Assembly (NCBI GenBank): GCA_018920365.1
Contig: JAHLMM010000001.1
Span: forward strand, 274,165-338,164
Reading direction: 5' to 3'
Source: Candidatus Aenigmatarchaeota archaeon
GTDB taxonomy: Archaea > Aenigmatarchaeota > Aenigmatarchaeia > CG10238-14
DNA: 64,000 bases
Part shown: positions 1 through 9,668 of the stretch, piece after piece
How the letters are laid out: every line of letters starts with the position of its first letter
Position numbering within the stretch: the first letter of the stretch is position 1
The notes under the pieces: generated by a model
What the model saw: only the letters and a program-made list of their open reading frames with translations
What the model was told of the DNA's origin: nothing
The model's database searches: none
Program-made: the position numbers and the translations under genes

Positions 1-6
1 AAATTT

Positions 7-2010
7 TTGCTTGAAACTGAGATTGAGCCTTGCGGATGGATAAATTATGACAGCAATGCAAGAAAAATAGAATCAGATTTTCAACCAAAAATTAAAATAA
101 TGTCGTTTGACATTGAGGTTATAGATGATGAGAATGATGAAAAGATTGTGATGATTTCACTTGCAGACAATTCTGGTTTCAAGAAAATACTATCGTTGAA
201 AAAATCAAAATCATCTTTTGTACAAAGCTTTAACAGCGAAAAAGAGTTGATAGAAAAGTTTGTTGAAATAGTAAATGAAAGAGATCCTGATATTATTTTG
301 ACATATAATGGCGATGCTTTTGATTTTGTCAAGCTTAAAACAAAATCATCAAAACTAAAAATTGGCTTGAACATAGGCAGAAACGGCGAACAAATAAAGT
401 TTGAGAGAAGAGGAAGAGGTTCAGCAGCATTAATTAAAGGCAGAGTTCACATAGACATTTACAATTTTGTTGATCACATACTTTCTAATTCGCTAAAGAC
501 AGAAGTTTTGACATTAGACGAGGTTGCAAAAGAACTTTTGGGAGAGGAGAAGATAAAAATCAGTTGGTCTGAAGTAAAAGAAAAATGGAAAAAAGACGAT
601 ATAGAGCATCTTGTTAAATATTCTCAGAAAGATGCCGAAATAACTTTGGCTTTGGGTGAATATTTGTTACCGCAAATATTTTCTCTTTCAAAAATGGCAT
701 CAAGCTTACCTTTTGACACATCAAGATATTATTATTCTCAACTTGTTGAGCATTTTCTTATGAAGAAATCTGTGCACGACAAGAGGATAATACCAAATAT
801 GCCAAGGTATGATGAAATAAATGAAAGAAAGCAAGTTATGCCTTACACAGGCGCTATAGTGATAGAACCAAAAACAGGTTTGCATGAGAATGTTGCAGTG
901 TTTGATTTTCAGAGCTTGTATCCAAGCATAATTGTAACTCATAATATTTCTCCAGAAACGCTTAATTGCGGACATACTGAATGTAGAAACAGAAACACAA
1001 CGCCAGAAAGCAAAAATTATTATTGTGTTCAGACACGGGGTTTTATTTCAAAACATTTAGAAGAGATAATTCATGAAAGAAGAAGAATAAAAGAAATGAT
1101 AAAAGATGAAAAGAATAAGCAAAAGATTAATCTGCTAAAAAACCAACAATACTCACTAAAAATAATAGCAAATGCAATGTATGGTTACTTTGGCTATCCA
1201 GGATCAAGATGGTATTGCCGAAGCTGTGGCGAGTCATGCGCAGCTTTTGGCCGTTATTATATAACTTTTGTTTTGCAAAGTGCTGCTGAAAATGGCTTTG
1301 ATGTAATATATGCTGACACAGATTCATGTTTTGTTAAGTTAGAGAAAGAAAACGATTTGGAAAAAATATTAAAGTGGAACAAAAAAGTGAATGATGAATT
1401 GCCAGGAATAATAGAATTAGAATATAGAGATTTTTATCCAGCTGGAATTTTTGTTGCAAAAAAAGCTGATGAGAAAGGTGCTAAAAAGAGATATGCACTG
1501 CTTACGAAGGATGCTAAACTTGAAATAAGAGGATTTGAAACAGTTAGAAGAGATTGGTGTGAATTGGCAAAAAAAGTTCAACATGAAGTTTTGAGGATAA
1601 TTCTTGTTGAAAAAAATCTTGACAAAGCGGTAAATTATGTTAAAAACACTATAAAAGAGTTGAATGCAGGAAAAGCAAAAATAGAAGATTTGGCAATAAA
1701 AACACAACTAGTTATGCCTTTATCAGAATACAAGCAAATCGGGCCACATGTCAAAGTTGGAATGAAATTAAAGCAGAAAGGTATAGATGTTGTTGAAGGA
1801 ATGATCTTGCAATATGTCATTACAAAAGGCAAGGGAAGCATTTCTGACAGAGCAGAGCCACTGGAATTTGCGAAAGAAAAAGATTATGATCCTGATTATT
1901 ATGTCAACAATCAAATATTGCCAGCTGCTTTGAGAGTTTTACAAGCGTTTAACATAAACGAAGATTTGTCAATAGACAAGAATAGCAGCTTACACAAGTG
2001 GTTCAAATAG
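7..2010 (+). CDS. polB: Family B DNA polymerase (PolB), 5'-truncated by window edge
   Basis: Exonuclease-to-palm region with the YGDTDS-like motif C 'VIYADTDS', plus KxY-type 'KIIANAMYGYFG'. The ORF runs from window position 7, so the N-terminus lies outside. Confidence 0.9.
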   Translation: MLETEIEPCGWINYDSNARKIESDFQPKIKIMSFDIEVIDDENDEKIVMISLADNSGFKKILSLKKSKSSFVQSFNSEKELIEKFVEIVNERDPDIILTYNGDAFDFVKLKTKSSKLKIGLNIGRNGEQIKFERRGRGSAALIKGRVHIDIYNFVDHILSNSLKTEVLTLDEVAKELLGEEKIKISWSEVKEKWKKDDIEHLVKYSQKDAEITLALGEYLLPQIFSLSKMASSLPFDTSRYYYSQLVEHFLMKKSVHDKRIIPNMPRYDEINERKQVMPYTGAIVIEPKTGLHENVAVFDFQSLYPSIIVTHNISPETLNCGHTECRNRNTTPESKNYYCVQTRGFISKHLEEIIHERRRIKEMIKDEKNKQKINLLKNQQYSLKIIANAMYGYFGYPGSRWYCRSCGESCAAFGRYYITFVLQSAAENGFDVIYADTDSCFVKLEKENDLEKILKWNKKVNDELPGIIELEYRDFYPAGIFVAKKADEKGAKKRYALLTKDAKLEIRGFETVRRDWCELAKKVQHEVLRIILVEKNLDKAVNYVKNTIKELNAGKAKIEDLAIKTQLVMPLSEYKQIGPHVKVGMKLKQKGIDVVEGMILQYVITKGKGSISDRAEPLEFAKEKDYDPDYYVNNQILPAALRVLQAFNINEDLSIDKNSSLHKWFK

Positions 2011-2029
2011 TATTTATTTGTAAAAAACA

Positions 2030-2658
2030 TTAATACTCAACCAAGAAATCTTCGGGCTTTAGCCCGTAGATGAATTGGTTGCCTTCTTCTATTACGAAAT
2101 ATAAAATAAAAAATAGGAGCAGAGCTCCACTCAATAGGAATATGTCTAGCTTTAGCTATAGAGTTCTGCTTACTTAAAGCTTTGCGAGGTGTTGTTATGG
2201 ATCAATTCAATAGCTTTAGCCATAGCATTGGAAATAATATTCACCATCTAGAATGGTGCACTAAATATAGATACAAGATGTTTAGAAAAAAAAGACTGAG
2301 AGAATATTGCAAAGATATTTTGTATATGATAGCTAGACGTCATAAAATAGAAATATTGGAATTAGCAGTGATGGAAGATCATGTGCATGTCATAGCTCAG
2401 TTGCCGCCATATATGTCCCAGTCTAAAGCTGTTCAATTGTTAAAAGGTGCATCGTCTTATGAGCTATTTAGGCTAATACCAAATTATAGATTGAGATATC
2501 CTAAAGGAAGTTTCTGGTCTAAAGGAAATTTCAAGGATACTATTGGCAGAGTGACGATAGAAGTTGCAAAGAAATATGTTCGTGAACAGCAGATGCAATT
2601 AGTTCACTTCACGAAATTAATAGGAAACTGCGGACTTTAGTCCGCAGAGGATGTCATT
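2030..2658 (+). mobile_element. IS200/IS605-family insertion sequence, TnpA-only, copy 1
   Basis: A 629-bp block almost identical to 45357..45985. It has subterminal hairpins 'tcttcgggctttagcccgtaga' (left) and 'ctgcggactttagtccgcag' (right). It encodes a 152-aa HUH Y1 transposase. Confidence 0.8.
2182..2640 (+). CDS. tnpA: IS200-type transposase TnpA (HUH/Y1)
   Basis: 152 aa with an 'HVHVI' HuH motif and the typical IS200 size. It differs from the copy at 45509..45967 by only 2 aa. Confidence 0.8.
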   Translation: MRGVVMDQFNSFSHSIGNNIHHLEWCTKYRYKMFRKKRLREYCKDILYMIARRHKIEILELAVMEDHVHVIAQLPPYMSQSKAVQLLKGASSYELFRLIPNYRLRYPKGSFWSKGNFKDTIGRVTIEVAKKYVREQQMQLVHFTKLIGNCGL

Positions 2659-2667
2659 CCTAATGAT

Positions 2668-3597
2668 ATGTTAAGATATCACAATACTTTTCATAAAGGT
2701 AGACTAGGAGTTACCATAGGTGTCACATATTGGGGGGATAAACCTGATATAAATCAATTTGGTACAGTAAGATTTGATGAAGAAGGCAGAGTGATGGAAT
2801 TTAGAGAAAAATCCCCAGAGCCAGCGTCTTTATATATAAACACAGGAATTGTGATGTTTTCTCCTGAGGTAATTCGGCCTTTGAGAGGAAGTTCTTCAGA
2901 GCTTAAAGATTTAGGTGGCCATGTTATACCTTATCTTTTGCAAAAGGATGTTTCAGTTTGTGCATATGGACATCAAACTAAAGGATTTGAACAAATACGA
3001 GATTGGGTTGATTTTGGGACAGTAGAAGCATATTTGAGGGCAAATGGTAATGTTTTGAAAGGAGTTTACGACTGGTTTGAATTTCAAAATTATGAAAAAT
3101 TGGAAGGAGATAGATACAGTGTTTTAGTTCATAGAAATTCTTTTGAAGCTTTAAAAGAAGCACTGAAAAGTGGCAGAGTTAGTTTGGAAGGCAGATCTAT
3201 TATAGGTTCAGGAATGAATTTAGTCGGTCCTGTATCAATATCTAACGCTGTTATAGGACATAATACAATTATTGGAAACTCAGAAATATCAGGAACTCAA
3301 GAATATCCAACTGTACTACTAGATACATCTACAATAATTAATTCAGAATTACATTCATCAATTGTCGGCTATAGTTCTTGTTTAAATGCAGAGAATAGGA
3401 AATCATCAATGGGCGAATTTTCTGTAATAGGCAACAACATAACAGTTACAAACGCTAGAATTGATCCAAGAGTGAGAGTTGCAGATTCAAGATATACAGA
3501 TTTGATTTTATCAACAAACAAGTATGAAATAGTTTACGCTAGCGATAATCTGATATTTTTTGTTGAAAAACAAAATAATTATAATCCATTTAGATGA
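2668..3597 (+). CDS. NDP-sugar pyrophosphorylase-like protein, central and C-terminal part only, with left-handed beta-helix repeats (N-terminal GxGxR region absent)
   Basis: The middle part resembles sugar nucleotidyltransferases ('FGTVRFDEEGRVMEFREKSPEP'). The C-terminus carries hexapeptide repeats 'IIGSGMNLVGPVSISNAVIGHNTIIGNSEISG'. The ORF starts 10 nt after the IS200 right end. Confidence 0.45.
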   Translation: MLRYHNTFHKGRLGVTIGVTYWGDKPDINQFGTVRFDEEGRVMEFREKSPEPASLYINTGIVMFSPEVIRPLRGSSSELKDLGGHVIPYLLQKDVSVCAYGHQTKGFEQIRDWVDFGTVEAYLRANGNVLKGVYDWFEFQNYEKLEGDRYSVLVHRNSFEALKEALKSGRVSLEGRSIIGSGMNLVGPVSISNAVIGHNTIIGNSEISGTQEYPTVLLDTSTIINSELHSSIVGYSSCLNAENRKSSMGEFSVIGNNITVTNARIDPRVRVADSRYTDLILSTNKYEIVYASDNLIFFVEKQNNYNPFR

Positions 3598-3859
3598 TTG
3601 AAAATTCTTTGAATTCGTTTTTATAATTTTGTTCTCTTGCATCTATTTTATCAACTCTTGCTAAAACAGGCCCTTTGCTAATATAAATCAAAAAATTTTT
3701 TATTTTTTCATCATCACCTTCAGCAATTATTTCAACTCTTCCGTCATTCAAATTCCTTACCCAACCCTTTATACCAAGTTTTTCAGCAACAGTTTTTGTA
3801 AACCATCTAAAATTGACGCCTTGAACACGACCAGAAACAAAAATATGAACGCGCTTCAT
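3590..3859 (-). CDS. acyP: Acylphosphatase
   Basis: 89 aa with 'VSGRVQGVNFRWFT' and 'GWVRNLNDGRVEI' acylphosphatase signatures. Confidence 0.8.
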   Translation of the reverse strand: MKRVHIFVSGRVQGVNFRWFTKTVAEKLGIKGWVRNLNDGRVEIIAEGDDEKIKNFLIYISKGPVLARVDKIDAREQNYKNEFKEFSII

Positions 3860-3994
3860 ATATATTATTTCATTATTTCAATTTTTATCCTTGACCAAAC
3901 GGTCTGAACTGTTTGTTTATCAAGAAAATCAGTTTTTTGTTATAGTTGACTATAACATATTTTTTATTTATTTTCAAGATGATAAACTATTTTT

Positions 3995-4375
3995 ATGAAG
4001 TATGAAAAGGCTTATGACGTCCAGCAAATTATGAAAAAAATTGTTAATGTATTAAATATGCAGAATATAGACATCAACAGAATAGTTTGTATGCGAAGTT
4101 ATGGATCAAAAAGTAAGGCAATAGCAAGAATTTGGAGTTTTCCGAAAATATTTCAAAAAGCACTTGATTGTTCATCATATTATGTAATAGAAGTGATTTC
4201 AGAAAGATTTGACAAATTAAATGAAGATGAAAAGGAAAAGGCAATAATACACGAGCTGATGCACATACCAAAAAGTTTTTCTGGTGGATTGTTGCCGCAC
4301 AAACATCATTCACAAAAAATAAACAGAGAAACTGTGGACAAACTTTATTTAAAGTACAAAATGAAATCTTTATAA
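3995..4375 (+). CDS. Putative zinc metallopeptidase-like protein (HExxH)
   Basis: The motif 'IIHELMHIP' is present. The protein is small (126 aa), so its family is uncertain. Confidence 0.35.
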   Translation: MKYEKAYDVQQIMKKIVNVLNMQNIDINRIVCMRSYGSKSKAIARIWSFPKIFQKALDCSSYYVIEVISERFDKLNEDEKEKAIIHELMHIPKSFSGGLLPHKHHSQKINRETVDKLYLKYKMKSL

Positions 4376-5323
4376 TTGAAGACATGCAAAGTGATTTTTA
4401 TGATAGAATTCTATATCAAAACAATAAAAGATCAGAATTTACAAAAAATAACAGAGTTCAAGCCTGGTTGTTGGATAAATTTGGAAGCGCCTGAAAAACA
4501 TGAAATAGAAGAAATTTCCAAAGATTTGAAAATAGATGAAGTATGGATAAATAGCTGTTTGGATATAGATGAAAAATCAAGAGTTGAAACAGAAAACGGA
4601 AATGTGTTGCTGATAACAAGAATTCCTTACAAAGATGAGGATGAAATAACAACTCTGCCTTTTGGTATAATAATAACAAAAGACTGCTTGCTAACTGTTT
4701 CAAGCTTGGATAATCTTATTCTTCAAGACATAAAAAATGAAAAAATCAAAGTTTATACAACCCAAAGAGTAAGATTTGTCTTGAAGGTATTTGAAAGAAT
4801 AAACAGACATTATGACAAGTTTTTGACTGAATTAAGAAGAAAATCAGAAATGATAGAGGACATGCTGACAACATCTCTAAGCAACAAAGAGATAGAGAAT
4901 TTGCTTAAAATACAGAAAACTTTGATATATTTCAGCAGTGCTGTTGTGGCAAACGAAATAGTATTTGAAAAAGTAAATTCAGGAAAGATTTTGAAACTTT
5001 ATGAGGAAGACAAAGATATAACAGATGAGATTGTCTTGTCAAATAAAGAGATATACGAGGCTATAAAAATAATGAGAGACGTTTTGAGCAACACTTTAGA
5101 CGCATATGCTTCAATAATATCAAATAATTTGAACATAGTCATGAAATTCTTAGCATCTGTCAGCATAATATTAGCATTTCCTGTGATGATAGCATCTTAC
5201 TATGGTATGAACGTAGGCTTGCCGTTTCAAAACGAGCCTTATGCTTTTGGATTAATTTTGCTAATGTCTTTGATATCAGTCATAGGAGTATTTGCACTAT
5301 TCAAGAAAAAGAATTGGCTATAA
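4376..5323 (+). CDS. corA: CorA-family Mg2+/Co2+ transporter
   Basis: C-terminal two TM helices with the signature 'YGMN' loop. The N-terminal part looks like a cytoplasmic funnel domain. Confidence 0.8.
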   Translation: MKTCKVIFMIEFYIKTIKDQNLQKITEFKPGCWINLEAPEKHEIEEISKDLKIDEVWINSCLDIDEKSRVETENGNVLLITRIPYKDEDEITTLPFGIIITKDCLLTVSSLDNLILQDIKNEKIKVYTTQRVRFVLKVFERINRHYDKFLTELRRKSEMIEDMLTTSLSNKEIENLLKIQKTLIYFSSAVVANEIVFEKVNSGKILKLYEEDKDITDEIVLSNKEIYEAIKIMRDVLSNTLDAYASIISNNLNIVMKFLASVSIILAFPVMIASYYGMNVGLPFQNEPYAFGLILLMSLISVIGVFALFKKKNWL

Positions 5324-5352
5324 TTTAATTAATAAAATCATTAATATATTGT

Positions 5353-5835
5353 ATGAAAAAACTAAAGATAGGGTGGTTTTCCTTTACCTGTTGTGAGGAC
5401 TCGACAATAATATTCATAGAATTGATGAATGAGCATTTTAAAGATTGGGAAAAGCTCATAGAATTTAAATACTTCAGAACTTTGAAAAACAATAATTATA
5501 TGACTGATTTGGATGTTGCTTTTGTTGAAGGTGCAATAGCAAATTACAAAGAAGAGGAAATAGTAAAAGAAATAAGAAAAAACTGCAAAAAGCTAGTAGC
5601 AGTTGGGAACTGTGCTTGTGTTGGCAGCCCATCAAATCAAAGGAATTCTTTTGATCAAGAGACAAAACAGGAGATACAGTTTATACTTGACAGGTTTGGT
5701 CATAGAGAAAAGGTGTCACCTGTTTCTGAGATTGTCAAAGTTGATGATAGCATTCCAGGCTGTCCAATGTCAGAGCAATTGTTTTTGGAAAAATTAGAGC
5801 AATATTTCAGAGAGTTTGGTGTTAAAAATGCATAA
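5353..5835 (+). CDS. [NiFe] hydrogenase small subunit, minimal (proximal Fe-S cluster ligands only)
   Basis: Carries the 'FTCCEDS', 'GNCACVG' and 'IPGCPM' Cys motifs typical of the hydrogenase small-subunit N-domain. Its end overlaps the start of the large-subunit gene. Confidence 0.6.
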   Translation: MKKLKIGWFSFTCCEDSTIIFIELMNEHFKDWEKLIEFKYFRTLKNNNYMTDLDVAFVEGAIANYKEEEIVKEIRKNCKKLVAVGNCACVGSPSNQRNSFDQETKQEIQFILDRFGHREKVSPVSEIVKVDDSIPGCPMSEQLFLEKLEQYFREFGVKNA

Positions 5836-7105
5836 GGATTTTGACATAAATATTGATCACATAAGCAAGACAGAAGGTCATGCTGATTTGGAGATAAGAG
5901 TAAGGGAAGGTGTTGTTGAAGACGTTAAATTGAAAATAAGCGAGAACAAGAGATTTTATACACAAGCAATAAGAAACAAAGTTTTCAATGGAGTACCACA
6001 ACTAGTTTCTAGAATATGCGGAACTTGCAGCATAGCACATTTGACTTGCAGCACAGAAGCTGTTGAAAAAGCTTTGAAAATTCAACCATCAGAACAGACA
6101 ATGCTTTTGAGAAAGCTGACAATGTATGGAATGATGATAAGAGATCATGCTATGCATTTGTATTTTTTTGTCATGCCAGACATTTTAAATAAAGATTCTG
6201 TTTTGGAGTTTGATGCTAACGAAAGAAAATGGGTTGAAGACGCCTTTGCTGTTAAAGGAGCTGGCAACAATCTGTCAAAACTAATTGCTGGAAGGGCTGT
6301 ACATGCCACTTATGAACAAATAGGATATTTTTCAAGTATACCAAAAAAAGACGACATAAAAAAAATGATTGAAGAATTAAAATCAGTCAGGCAAAAAACA
6401 ATAGATTTAGTTGATTTTCTTTTCAATTGCAATTTCAATTTTGAAAGAAAGACAAATTTTGTCGCATTGTGCACAAATGATTTTAGCTTTTTGGAAGGAA
6501 AAATAAAAAGCGCTGATGGAAATGTAATTGAAGAAGAAGATTATTGGGATTATTTGAATAGAGTTGTTATACCTTACTCACAAGCAACAGGTTTTACTTT
6601 TCAAGGCAAAGAATATATGGTCGGCGCTTCTGCAAGACTAGCTTTAAACAAGGATGCTTTGCACAAGGAAACAAAAAAAGACCTTTCAAAATACATTAAC
6701 ATATTCCCATCTTACAATGTTTATCATAATAATTTGGCTCAGGCTATTGAAATATTGCATTCAATTGATCATTCTATTGAAATATTGGAAACAGCAGAAT
6801 TCAAAGATGAACCAAGGCCAGAAATAAAAATGAAAGCTGGAAAAGGCATAGGTGTTGTAGAAGCACCAAGGGGAACGCTATATCACATGATTGATTTGGA
6901 TGATAATGGAAAAATAAGATATGGTAATTTTGTGATACCAACAGCGCAAAACCAGATAAAAATGGAGAACGACATAAGAGAGCTAGTACCAAAGATAATT
7001 GATAAAAACAAGCATGAAATACAACATGAAATTGAAAAGTTGATACGGGCATATGACCCTTGTATGAGTTGTGCCAGCCATTTCTTAAAAATAAAATGGA
7101 AATAG
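5816..7105 (+). CDS. [NiFe] hydrogenase large subunit
   Basis: N-terminal 'RICGTCSIAH' (RxCGxCxxxH) and C-terminal 'DPCMSCASH' (DPCxxCxxH) Ni-binding motifs. Confidence 0.85.
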   Translation: MVLKMHKDFDINIDHISKTEGHADLEIRVREGVVEDVKLKISENKRFYTQAIRNKVFNGVPQLVSRICGTCSIAHLTCSTEAVEKALKIQPSEQTMLLRKLTMYGMMIRDHAMHLYFFVMPDILNKDSVLEFDANERKWVEDAFAVKGAGNNLSKLIAGRAVHATYEQIGYFSSIPKKDDIKKMIEELKSVRQKTIDLVDFLFNCNFNFERKTNFVALCTNDFSFLEGKIKSADGNVIEEEDYWDYLNRVVIPYSQATGFTFQGKEYMVGASARLALNKDALHKETKKDLSKYINIFPSYNVYHNNLAQAIEILHSIDHSIEILETAEFKDEPRPEIKMKAGKGIGVVEAPRGTLYHMIDLDDNGKIRYGNFVIPTAQNQIKMENDIRELVPKIIDKNKHEIQHEIEKLIRAYDPCMSCASHFLKIKWK

Positions 7106-7107
7106 AA

Positions 7108-7506
7108 TTATTTTTTGCACAATGAGTTTATCAATTCTGTTACTTGATCTATTGCTTCTTGTTTGTCTATATTAATAGGAACTCCTATTATTGTAACTCT
7201 ATCAATCATATTTGTGTTTTTCATCAGTTTGAGTGTGTATGCCAAATCAAAATCATGCACTGAAAGTATTCTGTTCACTTCCAAAATGTCTATGTTCGTT
7301 ATCAATTCAACTTTGCTTATACCTTCAACTGAATCCAAAATATAGAGGTTTCTTCCTTCTTTTTGCAAATCCTCAACAGCGTCAAATTCCTTGAATTCTA
7401 TATTTGGAAATTTCTTTTGCAAGGTTGTTATTAATGATGGAGGCAAACTATCCTTTCTTACAAGAGGGTTGCCAAAGACTAGAATTTTTGTTATTTTCGT
7501 CATCAA
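7108..7506 (-). CDS. Hydrogenase maturation endopeptidase (HycI/HoxW-like)
   Basis: 132 aa, size and 'ILVFGNPL...' pattern typical of the family. It sits convergent and adjacent to the large-subunit gene. Confidence 0.65.
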   Translation of the reverse strand: MMTKITKILVFGNPLVRKDSLPPSLITTLQKKFPNIEFKEFDAVEDLQKEGRNLYILDSVEGISKVELITNIDILEVNRILSVHDFDLAYTLKLMKNTNMIDRVTIIGVPINIDKQEAIDQVTELINSLCKK

Positions 7507-7582
7507 TAATTATGTTATTTTTAAAATTTATTTTTATTTGATAATCATCAAGTATTAATCTTTAATTCTTTTATTCTTTTCA

Positions 7583-8263
7583 ATGGAAGCTATTATTCTT
7601 GCAGGCGGCAAAGGAAGCAGAATGGAATCTGAATATCCGAAGGCATTAACTCCTATAAAAAATAAAACCATTTTAGATTTGCAATTATATTATCTTTTTT
7701 TACATGGCGTAAAACGTGTAGTATTAGCTTTGGGTTATGGAAGCAGTGATATAATTAATCATGTTTACCGAGAATGGAATATGCAAAACAGAGGATATGA
7801 AATAATTTATTCAGTTGAAAATAACCAAGCAGGTACAGCTGGCGCTTTGAAATTAGCTTTAGAACATTGCAAAGAACCGTATGTGCTTGTGTCGAATTGT
7901 GATGATATAGCTGATATAGATATAGCAAGTTTGTACTCAAGGAAGAGAAACACAATATGTGTTGCCCATCCAAGATTGCCTTTTGGCTTGGTGAGACAAG
8001 GCGATAATGGATATGCTGAATTTGTTGAAAAGCCACGAATTAATAATATTTGGGTAAGTTGTGGATGGTATCTGATTGCTAAACATGAACAAAGATATCT
8101 ACCAGATCAGGGTAGTTTGGAAGAAGATGTATTTCAAGCAAGAAGAGTCAGATTAACTATTTTCGAGCACTATGGTTTTTGGATGCCTATAAATACAAGA
8201 AAGGATGTTGAAGAATTTGAAAAATCTGAATTGCCCAAAATATTCAAAGATTATTTAAGTTGA
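7583..8263 (+). CDS. Sugar-phosphate nucleotidyltransferase
   Basis: N-terminal 'ILAGGKGSRM' GxGxR-type motif of NDP-sugar pyrophosphorylases. Confidence 0.6.
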   Translation: MEAIILAGGKGSRMESEYPKALTPIKNKTILDLQLYYLFLHGVKRVVLALGYGSSDIINHVYREWNMQNRGYEIIYSVENNQAGTAGALKLALEHCKEPYVLVSNCDDIADIDIASLYSRKRNTICVAHPRLPFGLVRQGDNGYAEFVEKPRINNIWVSCGWYLIAKHEQRYLPDQGSLEEDVFQARRVRLTIFEHYGFWMPINTRKDVEEFEKSELPKIFKDYLS

Positions 8264-9647
8264 TGCTTTTTTCGTATTCAGCAAACACAACATTTTTTGC
8301 AAAATTCTTGAATATTTCAGGATGTTGAGTGTGTATTGGAAAAACATTTTTAGGTTTTATTGATTTTATAATTTCCTTTATTTCATTTTCGCTTGCATGT
8401 CCAGAAGCATGAGCATTTTCAAACTTTAATCTAAAATGATTCAACCAATTCATCATTCTATTATAATCTATTGTCTGCTCTTCGTCGTGCGGCTCTGAAG
8501 TAGAATAAATATATGTGCTATTTGCTTCAGGTTTTAAATCAATCAATTCTTTCAAATCGTAATAGTCAAGAAAAACAACAAATTTGTTCTGTTTTTTTCT
8601 GACATCATCAGCTGTTACAGTTTCATAATTTAGAAACTTCCTTTCCCATGTTGCATAATCATTTTCTGTATAAGTTCCCCATGATGCTTTATGTAGATAT
8701 ATCTTCACATCCTTTAATTTAGGTATTTTCAAACCTTTGTCTGCTTGCAATTCTTCCAAAAGATAAGCAAGCTTTGTCGATATTGCTAATTCTCTTCCAT
8801 TTTCTTCACATGCAGCAAAAAAGCTGTTGAATCTGTCAACGTCTTTCATTGGAAAGTTTGCTATTACTAAATTTTTTGTTGACTTTATCGTATCTTTAAC
8901 CTTTTCATAAACTTGATTTTCTGTCATTGTCGTCCTTTCATTTCCAACTCTTGTTCCTTCACAAATCAAATAATCAACACCCTCTGCCTTTTTTACAAAA
9001 TCCCAAGTCATTGAACTTTTGTGTCCATGCAGTCTCAAATCACCTGTATATGCTATCTCTATTCCATCTGCATGTATAACGAAACCATATGCTCCTGGGA
9101 TGCTGTGATCTACATGAACAGGTTCTATCTCAAAATCACCTATTTTTATCTTGTCACCAGTCCTGAATGTTTTGAAAATTCTTTCTATTTTTGGTTTTGT
9201 TGATCTATTTACAAAGTTTTCTTTATAGAAATAGTAATCTGTGTAGAAATTTTGTTGTGATGATTCTTGCAAAGCCTTTAATATTATTTTGCTTGTTTCG
9301 CCGCAGAATATATTCATGTCTTTATGCAACAGAGAAATGTTTGAAGAGTGATCTGCATGAGCATGACTTAAAACAACGCCATCAACTTCAGGTTTGTCAG
9401 AAGTTTTCCTCTTCTCATTCATTAACAAATCATTTCTATATATACCATGTAAGTCAGGTATTATGCCCAAATCAAGATAATCTCCTATGCCATTTGACAC
9501 CCTTGGCTGCAAAAAATCAGAGTAGAACTTACCATATTTTGCAAAGCTTAAGCCAAAATCAAAAAAAATTCTAGTTTTTTTTGTCTCTATCAATATTTTA
9601 TTACCGCCGATTTCATTAACACCGCCGAAAAAGGTGAGTTTTACCAT
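8244..9647 (-). CDS. rnj: Beta-CASP metallo-beta-lactamase ribonuclease (RNase J-like)
   Basis: Starts 'FFGGVNEIGGNKILI' and has an 'HAHADHS' HxHxDH motif. The 467-aa length is typical of archaeal RNase J. Confidence 0.75.
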   Translation of the reverse strand: MVKLTFFGGVNEIGGNKILIETKKTRIFFDFGLSFAKYGKFYSDFLQPRVSNGIGDYLDLGIIPDLHGIYRNDLLMNEKRKTSDKPEVDGVVLSHAHADHSSNISLLHKDMNIFCGETSKIILKALQESSQQNFYTDYYFYKENFVNRSTKPKIERIFKTFRTGDKIKIGDFEIEPVHVDHSIPGAYGFVIHADGIEIAYTGDLRLHGHKSSMTWDFVKKAEGVDYLICEGTRVGNERTTMTENQVYEKVKDTIKSTKNLVIANFPMKDVDRFNSFFAACEENGRELAISTKLAYLLEELQADKGLKIPKLKDVKIYLHKASWGTYTENDYATWERKFLNYETVTADDVRKKQNKFVVFLDYYDLKELIDLKPEANSTYIYSTSEPHDEEQTIDYNRMMNWLNHFRLKFENAHASGHASENEIKEIIKSIKPKNVFPIHTQHPEIFKNFAKNVVFAEYEKSINLNNL

Positions 9648-9668
9648 AAAATTAGATTGTGAAATAAT

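Noticed and set aside
81-1841. Five short minus-strand ORFs inside the PolB gene (81..374, 721..975, 1127..1327, 1417..1707, 1635..1841)
   Set aside because: They are antisense to a confidently identified long CDS and are low-complexity and hydrophobic. They are typical AT-rich antisense artefacts.
5603-5797. 64-aa ORF in an alternative frame of the hydrogenase small-subunit gene
   Set aside because: It is fully nested in a confidently assigned CDS and has no motif.
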